Under the pieces are notes generated by a model. The model had not been told where the DNA came from. It saw only the letters and a program-made list of their open reading frames with translations, and searched no databases. A DNA stretch of 64,000 nucleotides from Fibrobacteria bacterium (GTDB lineage: Bacteria; Fibrobacterota; Fibrobacteria; UBA11236). The stretch covers positions 96,001-160,000 of the forward strand of contig JAYTSD010000043.1 in assembly GCA_043745805.1 (NCBI GenBank). The letters run 5' to 3'. The position numbers and the translations under genes were made by a program. Shown here piece by piece: positions 48,232 to 57,249 of the stretch. Numbering within the stretch: the first letter of the stretch is position 1; each line of letters opens with the position of its first letter.

Positions 48232-50770
48232 TTTTGCTGCCGCAATGGAACCTCCTCCCGAGGAGATAAGCTCCACAGTAAAAAGAACTCTAAATTACGG
48301 TGGAAAATCACTAGACGAAAATAGTAGAGCATTCTTTGAACCTCGTTTTGGGATAGATTTTAGTCATATCCAAATTCACAATGATTCCCACGCTGCCGAT
48401 TCTGCGCGTTCGATCAATGCTCGTGCTTACACGTTTAGCAATAATATTGTTTTCGGAAAAGGTGAATACCAACCTGAAAATGAAGCTGGAAAGGCATTGC
48501 TCGCCCATGAATTAGCCCATGTTGCTCAACAAAAAAATGGAAGTATTTCACCAAAAATACATCGGCTAGTAGGTGATGAGGAATCCGAGGTTACCTCTGC
48601 AAGCACGGAATCTACCCATGAAGCTGATGTTGCAACGGAGGAAAGTTATACAGACCGGCTTGTTAGGGAAGCCATCGAAAATGTATCCGTTCACATGGCA
48701 CGTACCATGCGAGCTACTAGTCAGGTACCCATTCCAGAAACCATCATGGCCGCCCTTATTGCGGCTGAGGTGAGTTTTTTGTATCGGAGTTATGAGCGAT
48801 TAGTTGAACGGGGCGAAGGCCTACAAATACTTAGTCGAATTACGGAGTTATTGAGCCCACTCGTTTTTGCCGAATTCTGCGCGCGATTTATTTGGGGAGT
48901 GATTCAGGGTTTGGTCAGTCCCATTACCGGTTTAGTGCATTTGGCTGCAGGGGCTATTCGACTAACTTTGTCCGCACTTGATTGGCTAGATACTCTGCCC
49001 TCGCGATTTCCCGCCTTGGTTGAAGAAGCTCAGGCGCTTAATGTTGCCATGACAGTATTTGGTACCCAAGCTTCCACCATATTGGAGTCCCTTACAAATC
49101 GAAGCAATTTGTTAACCTTCGCCGGTGGAATTTTCGAAGCCGCAACTTCCGCATCGGATGCAATAGAACATACAATAGTACGAGGAGCTCAAGCACAGGG
49201 GCGTTCAGCGGCAGATTCTTTGGCTACCCATTTTCTCGAAACTCCGCTTCCAGAACTGGCAGAAACTTCGGGAGAAATTATTGGCACAGTCATAATTGAA
49301 TTAGTAATTCTGATATTTACTGACGGAGTAGGAAATCTCATTACTAAACTTGGAGAGTTTGCTCGTTCGCTAAGACCATTATCTCGTGGGGTTGTAGCTT
49401 TTACTGAAGTTGCAATTCGCGCAGGCCGTATTATTTCACAAATCGAGCATTTGATTGGAGTGCTGCTTAGCAGAACGGTTTTACGTCCATTAATGCCTTT
49501 ATTTGAGGCTTTAGAACCGTTACTTATAAGGATGAGAAGTTTTACTCAAAGCTTGATTGGTGCGGGAGAAGAAAGTGCCATAGTACTCGCACGTAGAAGT
49601 GCAAGGGCTATTGAAGAAACTGCTGCCGCTACCACGCGTACCTCTGAAAGAGCAGGATCACATCATACCACTATGCGAACATCGCCACCTCGGAATCCTG
49701 CAACATCGGCTCCGCGAGTTACGGAGCCAATTCCAGAAGCAGCTGTAGTTGAACCCATTTCCGAACCATTAATGATGGAGCCACGAGTTACGGAAACGCC
49801 TAGGGAACCTGTCGTTACGGACTCGGAACCAAGACCTTTGTCCTCTGAACCCGAAGCGACAAATCCTACGACGGAAACTATTGAACCCCGTGCACCTGAA
49901 GCTGGGCTTAATCCCCAAGAGTTAGCTGAAGTTGGACCGGTCAATGATGAAACCCTAATTAATTTTCAAGAGCATCCCGATCGATTACAAGCATGGGCAG
50001 AAAATCCGGAAGCTGCTGAGGCATTTAGATTTTGTAATTCTCCTTGCTTTCCCGAAAACATGACACCAGATCAAATTCGCAGAGCCGAAGCAATCATGCG
50101 GGATTTTCCAGAATTCGCACGAGCCAATCGCAGATCCCTTCATGAAGCCTTTGAAGCTGCCGATGAAGATGGCATAGAAGTTTTGCTTGAGGGACTTGAT
50201 ACTCGATTAAGGAGTCCGATAGAGGATGTTGTTGATCCTATGATGGATCCGGCGGATCGAGAGCTTTTATCAGGAACAAGTGAAGCCGACGCACCGACTG
50301 GATTAAGGGAATCTGAAGAAATGGCGGCAGATCGTGTTGAAGCCGGTTTGACTCCACGAGAGGCTTGGGAGCCACCAAGTGGTGTAAGACCTAGACCATC
50401 CGAGACATCAACCATTTCAGAACGGACTGAATGGATGCGTGAACGATTACAAATGCATGTTGACGAGGCCATTGAACACTATCGAGTAGGTGGAGGTTTA
50501 ACTTCAGCGCAAGAGGCGGCTTTGTTGAAAAATCCTCACATGTTACCTGCGTTTCGCGGTAGTCGTGTAGATCAGTTTGCCAAGGATACCATCATGCAAG
50601 ATATTGATCTTGCCGATATTGTTACGGCCCCTGATTTTTTTGCTGAACCTGATATCCTAAGTTCTATTTTACCAGAATGGTTTGATATCACGACTCGAGC
50701 CGCTTGGGTGGCGCATATTCAAAGATATCAATCTCGTTATGGTTTGGGTGTTCTTTTGCCAACGAATTGA
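47834..50770 (+). CDS. DUF4157 polymorphic toxin with hydrophobic helical region and uncharacterised C-terminal domain
   Basis: The ATG at 47834 follows AAGGAGG and overlaps the previous stop, so it is a better start than 47717. CPCGGGCSTC leader, HELAH, Gly/Ala/hydrophobic helices, and C-terminal FRG..VD...PDI...WFDITT...W..H...Y. Confidence 0.82.
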   Translation: MAEALGLKKMTMGETHSKSLMQKSKNEFYNDEIKSSFDSLPFWGPDTKINRKASCPCGGGCSTCQSSFNDLKISQPNDAAEIEADQIADKVMRMSADVPVKVNTNISVTDKLHAKCDSCEEEKETETVFRKESFAAAMEPPPEEISSTVKRTLNYGGKSLDENSRAFFEPRFGIDFSHIQIHNDSHAADSARSINARAYTFSNNIVFGKGEYQPENEAGKALLAHELAHVAQQKNGSISPKIHRLVGDEESEVTSASTESTHEADVATEESYTDRLVREAIENVSVHMARTMRATSQVPIPETIMAALIAAEVSFLYRSYERLVERGEGLQILSRITELLSPLVFAEFCARFIWGVIQGLVSPITGLVHLAAGAIRLTLSALDWLDTLPSRFPALVEEAQALNVAMTVFGTQASTILESLTNRSNLLTFAGGIFEAATSASDAIEHTIVRGAQAQGRSAADSLATHFLETPLPELAETSGEIIGTVIIELVILIFTDGVGNLITKLGEFARSLRPLSRGVVAFTEVAIRAGRIISQIEHLIGVLLSRTVLRPLMPLFEALEPLLIRMRSFTQSLIGAGEESAIVLARRSARAIEETAAATTRTSERAGSHHTTMRTSPPRNPATSAPRVTEPIPEAAVVEPISEPLMMEPRVTETPREPVVTDSEPRPLSSEPEATNPTTETIEPRAPEAGLNPQELAEVGPVNDETLINFQEHPDRLQAWAENPEAAEAFRFCNSPCFPENMTPDQIRRAEAIMRDFPEFARANRRSLHEAFEAADEDGIEVLLEGLDTRLRSPIEDVVDPMMDPADRELLSGTSEADAPTGLRESEEMAADRVEAGLTPREAWEPPSGVRPRPSETSTISERTEWMRERLQMHVDEAIEHYRVGGGLTSAQEAALLKNPHMLPAFRGSRVDQFAKDTIMQDIDLADIVTAPDFFAEPDILSSILPEWFDITTRAAWVAHIQRYQSRYGLGVLLPTN

Positions 50771-50825
50771 AATATTCTCTTTGAGAATGCACCATATTTA
50801 AGGCATTATTATCGTAATACCTAAT

Positions 50826-50915
50826 TTACTTCTTCGATTTCTTCCGCGTGAAAACCATCATACCCACCAACAAACCGGTAAGCACCAAAAAAGCAAAGGG
50901 AATCATTTTAGCCAT
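50826..50915 (-). CDS. 29-aa single-transmembrane small protein (not in the ORF track)
   Basis: MAKMIPFAFLVLTGLLVGMMVFTRKKSKK*; AAGGA six nt upstream of the ATG, overlapping the ABC ATPase stop codon. Confidence 0.6.
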   Translation of the reverse strand: MAKMIPFAFLVLTGLLVGMMVFTRKKSKK

Positions 50916-50924
50916 CTCGCGTCC

Positions 50925-52025
50925 TTAAATTCTTTTCTCAGTTTGCGCTTCAAAAAAATGCAATGCTTCATTTGGAAATGTTAACACCAAGGTTTCCCCT
51001 AATTTATATTGCCTATTACTTTCCGCGCGTACCGTCACGGATTGATTTTGAACATCCATCACTAAAAAGGACTGGGCGCCCATATGTTCGATTAATTTCA
51101 CTTGACCACTTATTCCATAAGGTCCAACTGGCTCACTCACCGCTTGGCTGTGGATATTTTCTGGACGTATGCCTACGGTTACCTTTCCAGATATAGCTTT
51201 TATTTTGTTGAAAAGTGTGGCTTCAAGTCCATCAAGAGGGATTTTAATTCCCGCGCCGAAAAAATAAATTTGCGCTTCCGCTTTAATTTCACCCATAAAA
51301 AAATTCATACTAGGCATGCCAATAAAATCAGCGACAAACTTATTGGCGGGCTGATGATATAAAGTTTGTGGATCAGCGACTTGTTGAATTAGGCCATCGC
51401 GCAATACCACAATTCTATCACCCAAGGTCATTGCTTCCACTTGATCATGAGTCACAAATAACATAGTGGTGCCTAAAGATTTTTGTAATTGCCCAATTTC
51501 TACCCGCATTTGGGAACGCATTTTAGCATCGAGATTAGATAAAGGTTCGTCAAGTAAAAAAGCTTTGGGCTTGCGCAGAATGGCTCGTCCCAAGGCTGCA
51601 CGTTGTCTTTGGCCGCCAGAAAGGGCATGAGGGTAACGTTCCAGTAACTCGGTTAATCCCAAAGTTTTAGCCATGCCCACTACGCGTTCGCGAATGGTAG
51701 GAGGGTTTTCTTTGCGGAGCTTAAGCCCAAAGGCCATATTTTCATAAACCGTCAAATGCGGAAATAAAGTATAGCTTTGAAACATCAAAGCGAGGTCACG
51801 ATCTTTCGGCGGTAAATTATTCAAAAGACGTCCCTCGAGATTTATCTCTCCCGAAGTTAAGGCTTCTAAGCCTGCTACTATGCGCAAGAGCGTCGATTTA
51901 CCGCAGCCGGAAGGACCGACAATGGCAATCAATTCTCCATCGGCAATATTTAAATCAAAATTTTGTAAGGCTTTTACACCGTTTGGAAAAGTCTTACAAA
52001 TATTCTTCAAAGAAAGCTTAGCCAT
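50925..52025 (-). CDS. Carbohydrate ABC transporter ATP-binding protein (MalK/UgpC family)
   Basis: GPSGCGKST, LSGGQRQR, LLDEPLSNLD and VTHDQVEAM motifs; C-terminal TOBE-like region. Confidence 0.95.
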   Translation of the reverse strand: MAKLSLKNICKTFPNGVKALQNFDLNIADGELIAIVGPSGCGKSTLLRIVAGLEALTSGEINLEGRLLNNLPPKDRDLALMFQSYTLFPHLTVYENMAFGLKLRKENPPTIRERVVGMAKTLGLTELLERYPHALSGGQRQRAALGRAILRKPKAFLLDEPLSNLDAKMRSQMRVEIGQLQKSLGTTMLFVTHDQVEAMTLGDRIVVLRDGLIQQVADPQTLYHQPANKFVADFIGMPSMNFFMGEIKAEAQIYFFGAGIKIPLDGLEATLFNKIKAISGKVTVGIRPENIHSQAVSEPVGPYGISGQVKLIEHMGAQSFLVMDVQNQSVTVRAESNRQYKLGETLVLTFPNEALHFFEAQTEKRI

Positions 52026-52033
52026 GATTTCTC

Positions 52034-52870
52034 TTAGAGTCCCGTCAATTCGGACAAGGAGGTTTTAAACTGTTTAAACAAAAATAAAAATAACAATGTG
52101 GTGGGAATTAATGTGAGACTGGAGCCGACCATTAGTAAGGCATAGGGCATATGCATACTTCCACCGTATAAGCTATTTAAGGCGACGGACACCGTCATAT
52201 TTTCTTTGGTGGTAATCATTACCAGCGGTATTAAATGTTCTTGCCAAGCGAGTACAAAATGAATGAGGCCATAAGCAAAGAGCGCAGGTTTAAGCATCGG
52301 TAAACACATAAAAAAAATCTGATACTCCGAAGCGCCTTCGCTACGTGCTAAATCAATTAAAGGCTTGGGCAAGCGCTTACTTACTTGGGTGAAGTAAATA
52401 ATTCCAATTCCCGAAACCATTCCTGGCAAAATGACTGCGGCACTTTTATCCAATAAATGCAAACTATTCATCCATAAAAACAAAGGTAAAACCATGACTT
52501 GGCGAGGGATTAAAACGACTAATACGGCAAGAGCGTAAATAATTTTCGCGCCTTTAAAATTAAAGCGCCCCAGTACGTAACTTGCGGGTACCGTAATGAG
52601 CAAGGCACCCAAGGTTTCGGCAAAGGCAATCCATAAGGAATTCAAAAATTGCAGCGGATAAGGAATCCATTTTCCATTTAACAATTCATGATAATAAGCT
52701 AAAGAAAAAGTTTTGGGCCAAAGAGGGAAAGGGGTGAATATATCGGGATCGTCTTTAAAGGTGGCAAAAAACATCCATAAAAAAGGATAGGCAAATAGTA
52801 GGCAAAGTAAAAGCAAGGTTAGTGTACATAACCATGCTGTTTTAGAATGGAAGAATGGTTTATTAAACAT
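52034..52870 (-). CDS. Carbohydrate ABC transporter permease (MalG-type)
   Basis: Six hydrophobic helices; PFLWMF; EAA-loop-like LIDLARSEGAS. Confidence 0.9.
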   Translation of the reverse strand: MFNKPFFHSKTAWLCTLTLLLLCLLFAYPFLWMFFATFKDDPDIFTPFPLWPKTFSLAYYHELLNGKWIPYPLQFLNSLWIAFAETLGALLITVPASYVLGRFNFKGAKIIYALAVLVVLIPRQVMVLPLFLWMNSLHLLDKSAAVILPGMVSGIGIIYFTQVSKRLPKPLIDLARSEGASEYQIFFMCLPMLKPALFAYGLIHFVLAWQEHLIPLVMITTKENMTVSVALNSLYGGSMHMPYALLMVGSSLTLIPTTLLFLFLFKQFKTSLSELTGL

Positions 52871-53798
52871 TTACTTCCAGTTGTTGGTTTTTCCGATTAA
52901 AGGAAGGTCTTAATAAAATCAACCAAATTAAAAAAAGTAGGGGCGGCACTATAGAAAAGCTAATGGCTGCCGCTTGCGAAAATTTTCCATATGTAAAGGC
53001 GCTTTGATAAGTATAACCAACCAGTAGTAAACCTGCATCTAAGGTTCCACCGGATCCACCAAGTAATACATAAGCGCCTTCGAATAAAACAAAAGCATCG
53101 AGACATAAAAATATGCCCACAAAAATTAAAATGGGTTTAAGCATCGGTAAGGTGATATTTCGTAATTGCCACCAAAAACTTGCGCCTTCGGCATAGGCGA
53201 CTTCATAATAGGTTTTGGGAATGCCTTCCATACCGGAAAGGAAAAATAAGGTGATAAATCCCGACCAGCGCCAAAGCGTTTGTAATACAATGGAAAACTT
53301 TATGAAATTAGGATCGCGAATCCAATCAATTGCGGGTAAGCCAAAAGGAGTCAAAAATATACTATTGAGTATTCCATGCGGTCCATTAAAAACTAATAAG
53401 TATAAATAGGCTAATACTGAAGGAGGCGTAAGGCCAGGTAACAATAAACAAAAGCTTAAAGGTCCGCGCCATTTGGGTAAACTTTTCTGTAAAAGATGTG
53501 CTAAGGTTAAGGAGAACAGTGAGACTAAAACAATACTCATTCCTGCATAGAGAACAGTATTATAAACGGCATGGAAATAACGGTGATCGCTTAATAGGTC
53601 CCTATAATTTTGCCAACCCGCAAATTCACCCTCTCCCAAAAGATTATCCGTTTGTAAACTCAAATAAAACCCCTGTAACAAGGGTGTTAACCAAAACAAA
53701 GCAAAGCAGAATAGAAAGGGAATCAATAATAAAAGCGGGACTTGCAAGCGTTTGGTTTTTGTCGACTTTTCTGTCGACAAAGTGTTAGGCAATCCCAA
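52863..53798 (-). CDS. Carbohydrate ABC transporter permease (MalF-type)
   Basis: GWQNY..LL.D motif; EAA-loop YEVAYAEGAS.W.QLRNITLP. Confidence 0.9.
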   Translation of the reverse strand: MGLPNTLSTEKSTKTKRLQVPLLLLIPFLFCFALFWLTPLLQGFYLSLQTDNLLGEGEFAGWQNYRDLLSDHRYFHAVYNTVLYAGMSIVLVSLFSLTLAHLLQKSLPKWRGPLSFCLLLPGLTPPSVLAYLYLLVFNGPHGILNSIFLTPFGLPAIDWIRDPNFIKFSIVLQTLWRWSGFITLFFLSGMEGIPKTYYEVAYAEGASFWWQLRNITLPMLKPILIFVGIFLCLDAFVLFEGAYVLLGGSGGTLDAGLLLVGYTYQSAFTYGKFSQAAAISFSIVPPLLFLIWLILLRPSFNRKNQQLEVNV

Positions 53799-53811
53799 AA
53801 TGCTTTGTCGC

Positions 53812-55140
53812 TTATTTAGTGGGGGCCGGTTTTTTAGATTTGGTGGATGCAGGTTTTGATGCGGCAGGCTTGGTTAATTCACTCTGAATGATTTGCAAGC
53901 TTTCTTCAATGTTGGCTCCACCTTTTATGAGTGCTTGCCAATAATTTTCACGTAAGAGATTTACGAATTTCGCACGATAAGGAGACTGTACAACCATAGG
54001 CGATTTTGGAGCTTGCTCAATTAATAAACTGGCTACCGATTGACCACCAAAATATGGCTCAGGACGACTTAAGCGCATATCGAGCCAAGCTGGTTTATAA
54101 GGGGTTAAGCAATTGCCTTGTAAATATCTTTGCACATTTGCTTCGGTATTGCTCATGGTCCAACTCATGAATTTCCAAGCGCGTTCTTGTTGTTTGCTTT
54201 TTTGCATAATGACAAAACCCTGTCCCGAAAAATTCGAAGTGGTATTTTTGCCTTTCGATTTAGTATCGGTCCAAACGGGAAGTGGCATGGCGCGCCATTT
54301 ACCTGCGAGTTTGGGTGAAAAGCCCTGTAACATATCTAGTCCATACCAGTCTGCACCGATAATACTTACTACTCCATTATTAGCGACATAGCTATTAAAA
54401 AATTCGGGTTCAAAAATTGATCCGCGATCGGGAACCATACCTACGCTATCATTTTTTAAGGAAACCAGAAATTTCATGGTTTCGATGGAGGCTTCGGAAA
54501 GTAATTGCGGATTACCTTTTTCATCAAATATATCGAAACCGCGTTGGCGTAATAAAATTTCGAATAGTGACCAATCTAAAGCTAGCATGCTACGTGATTC
54601 CGTATGAATTTTTTTACTCACCGCAATAAATTTATCCCAAGTATCAATGCTTGCAGGCGTAATTCCTAAATCTTTAAAAATATCATCGCGATAGTACAAA
54701 ACCACATTGGCAATAGATTGAGGTAACCCATAAGTTTTCCCTTTATAACTAAAGAGACCCATACGTTGTGGCATCACCGTTTGATTAAATCCTGCGGCTT
54801 CAATTTTTTTGGTTAAGTCGGCAAAAGGCATGGCCGATCCATTTAAATAAATGCTGAAATAAATTTCATCGAGTTGCACTAAGTCGGGCGCATTGATTCC
54901 CGTTTTAATGGCGATGGCTAATTTGTCGGGCATTTCCGTAAAGCCATAAGAATGCACTGTGGCTGCAAAATCTTTATCCACCGTTTCTTGATAGATCTTA
55001 ATCATATTTCGATAATAGGCATCATCTGTTGCGGAGTTAACCCATATTTCAACGGGATCTAATTTCGCCTGCGCAATGCTTAATGTCAAAGACAGTAAAG
55101 ATAAGGAAAGAATTTTTTTAATCATCTGCATTTTCATCAC
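53812..55140 (-). CDS. Carbohydrate ABC transporter substrate-binding protein
   Basis: Signal peptide; APDLVQL, GKTYGLP, LYYRDDIF, TWD.F, GKWRAMPLP and YFGGQ (SBP_bac_1-type). Confidence 0.9.
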   Translation of the reverse strand: MMKMQMIKKILSLSLLSLTLSIAQAKLDPVEIWVNSATDDAYYRNMIKIYQETVDKDFAATVHSYGFTEMPDKLAIAIKTGINAPDLVQLDEIYFSIYLNGSAMPFADLTKKIEAAGFNQTVMPQRMGLFSYKGKTYGLPQSIANVVLYYRDDIFKDLGITPASIDTWDKFIAVSKKIHTESRSMLALDWSLFEILLRQRGFDIFDEKGNPQLLSEASIETMKFLVSLKNDSVGMVPDRGSIFEPEFFNSYVANNGVVSIIGADWYGLDMLQGFSPKLAGKWRAMPLPVWTDTKSKGKNTTSNFSGQGFVIMQKSKQQERAWKFMSWTMSNTEANVQRYLQGNCLTPYKPAWLDMRLSRPEPYFGGQSVASLLIEQAPKSPMVVQSPYRAKFVNLLRENYWQALIKGGANIEESLQIIQSELTKPAASKPASTKSKKPAPTK

Positions 55141-55183
55141 TCGCTTTTAGGAAAAGTCCTTCAAAAATATTGGGTATAATATA

Positions 55184-55927
55184 CTACTTCTTGTCTTCAA
55201 AATGATTTAGTCCCAGCAAATAACCTCCTGCCACATCGACATTTATTCCTGTGATATAGCGTGCTTTTTCACTAATTAAAAAAGCAACCGTGCTAGCAAT
55301 ATCTTCACATTCTCCTAAATACCCTAAAGGCACAACCGTCTTGGGATTGCTGGGGAACTCCACCGAGTTTGCCAATATGCCCGGCGAAACCATATTTATG
55401 CGAATGCCTTTAGGGCCAAGGGCTTCAGCATAAGATTTGGTCAAAATCAATAAACCACTTTTGGAAATAAGATAGGCGGTATTATGTATGGAAGAGGTTA
55501 AATTTTCAATACCCGCATAGCCGATATTAATAATATTACCTCCGGAAGGAGGGAAAAGCGCAAGGCTTAATTGAATAGTATAAAAGCAGCCGAATAAATT
55601 TGTTTGTAAAGTATTTTCAAAATCCTCAATCGCATAGTCGATTAATGATCCCGTTTTATATATTCCCACATTATTAATCAATAGGTCGAGTTGACCAGAA
55701 TGTTCTTTGATGGTAGTTAACATAGAGGTTACTTGTTGGCGAGAAGCAATATCCGCACTAACAATTTTACCTACACCTCCACGACGACGAATTTCTGCTA
55801 AAGTGGCTTCGGCTTCGAGGCGCGATTCTTTATAATGTACCCACACGAAATATCCCGCGCGACCTAGGCTAATGGCTAGTTCGCGACCTAAACGTTTTGC
55901 GGCACCCGTGACTAAAGCAATTTTCAT
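55184..55927 (-). CDS. SDR oxidoreductase, pteridine reductase/FolM-like
   Basis: ALVTGAAKRLG (Arg typical of pteridine reductases), WVHY, LINNVG and YLISK; overlaps folB. Confidence 0.8.
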   Translation of the reverse strand: MKIALVTGAAKRLGRELAISLGRAGYFVWVHYKESRLEAEATLAEIRRRGGVGKIVSADIASRQQVTSMLTTIKEHSGQLDLLINNVGIYKTGSLIDYAIEDFENTLQTNLFGCFYTIQLSLALFPPSGGNIINIGYAGIENLTSSIHNTAYLISKSGLLILTKSYAEALGPKGIRINMVSPGILANSVEFPSNPKTVVPLGYLGECEDIASTVAFLISEKARYITGINVDVAGGYLLGLNHFEDKK

Positions 55928-56295
55928 GAGACGGCCCTTTCCACAATAACGGCTGCAAAACTGGCTTTGGCCAAGGCACCGGGTTTTTTAATTTCAATAC
56001 GACATTTTTTAACGGCAGGCCAACGTTGTAAAATTTGTGTAGTAGCATGTTCCGCCAAGGTTTCAATGAGCATGAATTTTTCGGTTTGAATCCATTCTTC
56101 CAGCCATGCTGCTAACTCAGTATAATCTAAAGTATGTTCCAAGTTATCCGTAGCGGCCGCTTGCGTAAAATCTAAATGCAAATCTAAATCCACAAAAATA
56201 TCTTGTTGTACCTTACGTTCATGTGGATATAAACCCACAATGCAGTTAATTTTTAAATCGCGAATGGCTATAATCCCCATATTCTTATCCTTCAT
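55924..56295 (-). CDS. folB: Dihydroneopterin aldolase
   Basis: I.I.DL...CIVG..PHER...Q.I.VDL, TLDY, LIETLAE and KPGAL motifs. Confidence 0.92.
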   Translation of the reverse strand: MKDKNMGIIAIRDLKINCIVGLYPHERKVQQDIFVDLDLHLDFTQAAATDNLEHTLDYTELAAWLEEWIQTEKFMLIETLAEHATTQILQRWPAVKKCRIEIKKPGALAKASFAAVIVERAVS

Positions 56296-57172
56296 TTATT
56301 AACTCTAAAACTTTACGGATCAAAACGGCCGTAGGCTCATTCACACGCTGTTGTAAAGCCTCTTGCAGGGGTACCCACCTATAGGCATCACTCTCATAAT
56401 TTAATTGCACCGTAGTTTCTTGGGTAACATCTATTTCCGCCCAATAATTCAATAATAAAAAGTGACGCAAGCGATAGAATTCTGGATGTTCAATGCAATC
56501 CTGATTGCAAACAAAGCGTAGATTTTTTAAGGATAATCCGGTTTCTTCTTTGATCTCTCGTCTTAAGGCGGCTTCAGTTGTCTCACCATAATGAATTTTT
56601 CCACCCGGAATGCCATAAAGATTAGACCATTTTGCTGTGCGCACCAATAAAACTTCTTGTTTTGCATTTTGAATTAAAGCGCCTACGGTGGCAATAGGCC
56701 ATAAGCGACTTTCCGAAAAATTAGCGCGATCGAAAAATATTTTTAATTCCCCAAGGCTGGTAAAAACTTCATCGGGTTTTGTGCGCATGAGCATTTGATA
56801 TTCAATATTTTCAACTGAGCCATCCCAAAAAATGGCGGTGGCGATTTTAGCCTGGCTTGCGGCAAGTAAGGCGCTGGGAGAATTGCCGATAAAAATGGTT
56901 TCGGCAGGCTGCAAATTAAATTCAACTAAGAGGTTCAAAAAATCTTTTTTATCATACTCGAGGGAATGAACGGCTTCAAAAATTTTAAAATGGGCGTCTA
57001 AAATAAGCGTCGACGTTTGTGGCATTTCATTGTCTAACTTAGGTGTTAAGTCAATTGTAGGAGTCGATAGTGAACTAAATTGAAGCGCCAAAAGACGGTT
57101 TTTGAGTTTAAGACTTTGCAGTAATTCGTAGTTTTTGGTAAGGGCACTTGGCCACATTAAGAGAATATTCAT
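56285..57172 (-). CDS. HAD-like/NUDIX hydrolase fusion (candidate dihydroneopterin triphosphate pyrophosphatase)
   Basis: Complete Nudix box GGKIHYGETTEAALRREIKEETGL; N-terminal HAD-like fold (TIFIGN...AA, PDEVF.SL.EL); overlaps folB. Confidence 0.8.
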   Translation of the reverse strand: MNILLMWPSALTKNYELLQSLKLKNRLLALQFSSLSTPTIDLTPKLDNEMPQTSTLILDAHFKIFEAVHSLEYDKKDFLNLLVEFNLQPAETIFIGNSPSALLAASQAKIATAIFWDGSVENIEYQMLMRTKPDEVFTSLGELKIFFDRANFSESRLWPIATVGALIQNAKQEVLLVRTAKWSNLYGIPGGKIHYGETTEAALRREIKEETGLSLKNLRFVCNQDCIEHPEFYRLRHFLLLNYWAEIDVTQETTVQLNYESDAYRWVPLQEALQQRVNEPTAVLIRKVLELINEG

Positions 57173-57249
57173 CGGTTTTTCATGCTCAACATTGGTAGAT
57201 TATTCAGATAAATTATTCACCAACACTTCAAAAAGTTAGATTAATAGAA

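Larger units (their letters stand above)
17153..50770 (+). other. Extracellular-type contractile injection system (eCIS, DUF6519-containing) gene cluster with DUF4157 effector array
   Basis: 21 co-oriented genes with tail, baseplate, AAA ATPase, cap and DUF4157 components; no capsid, portal, terminase, integrase or T6SS membrane complex. Confidence 0.93.
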
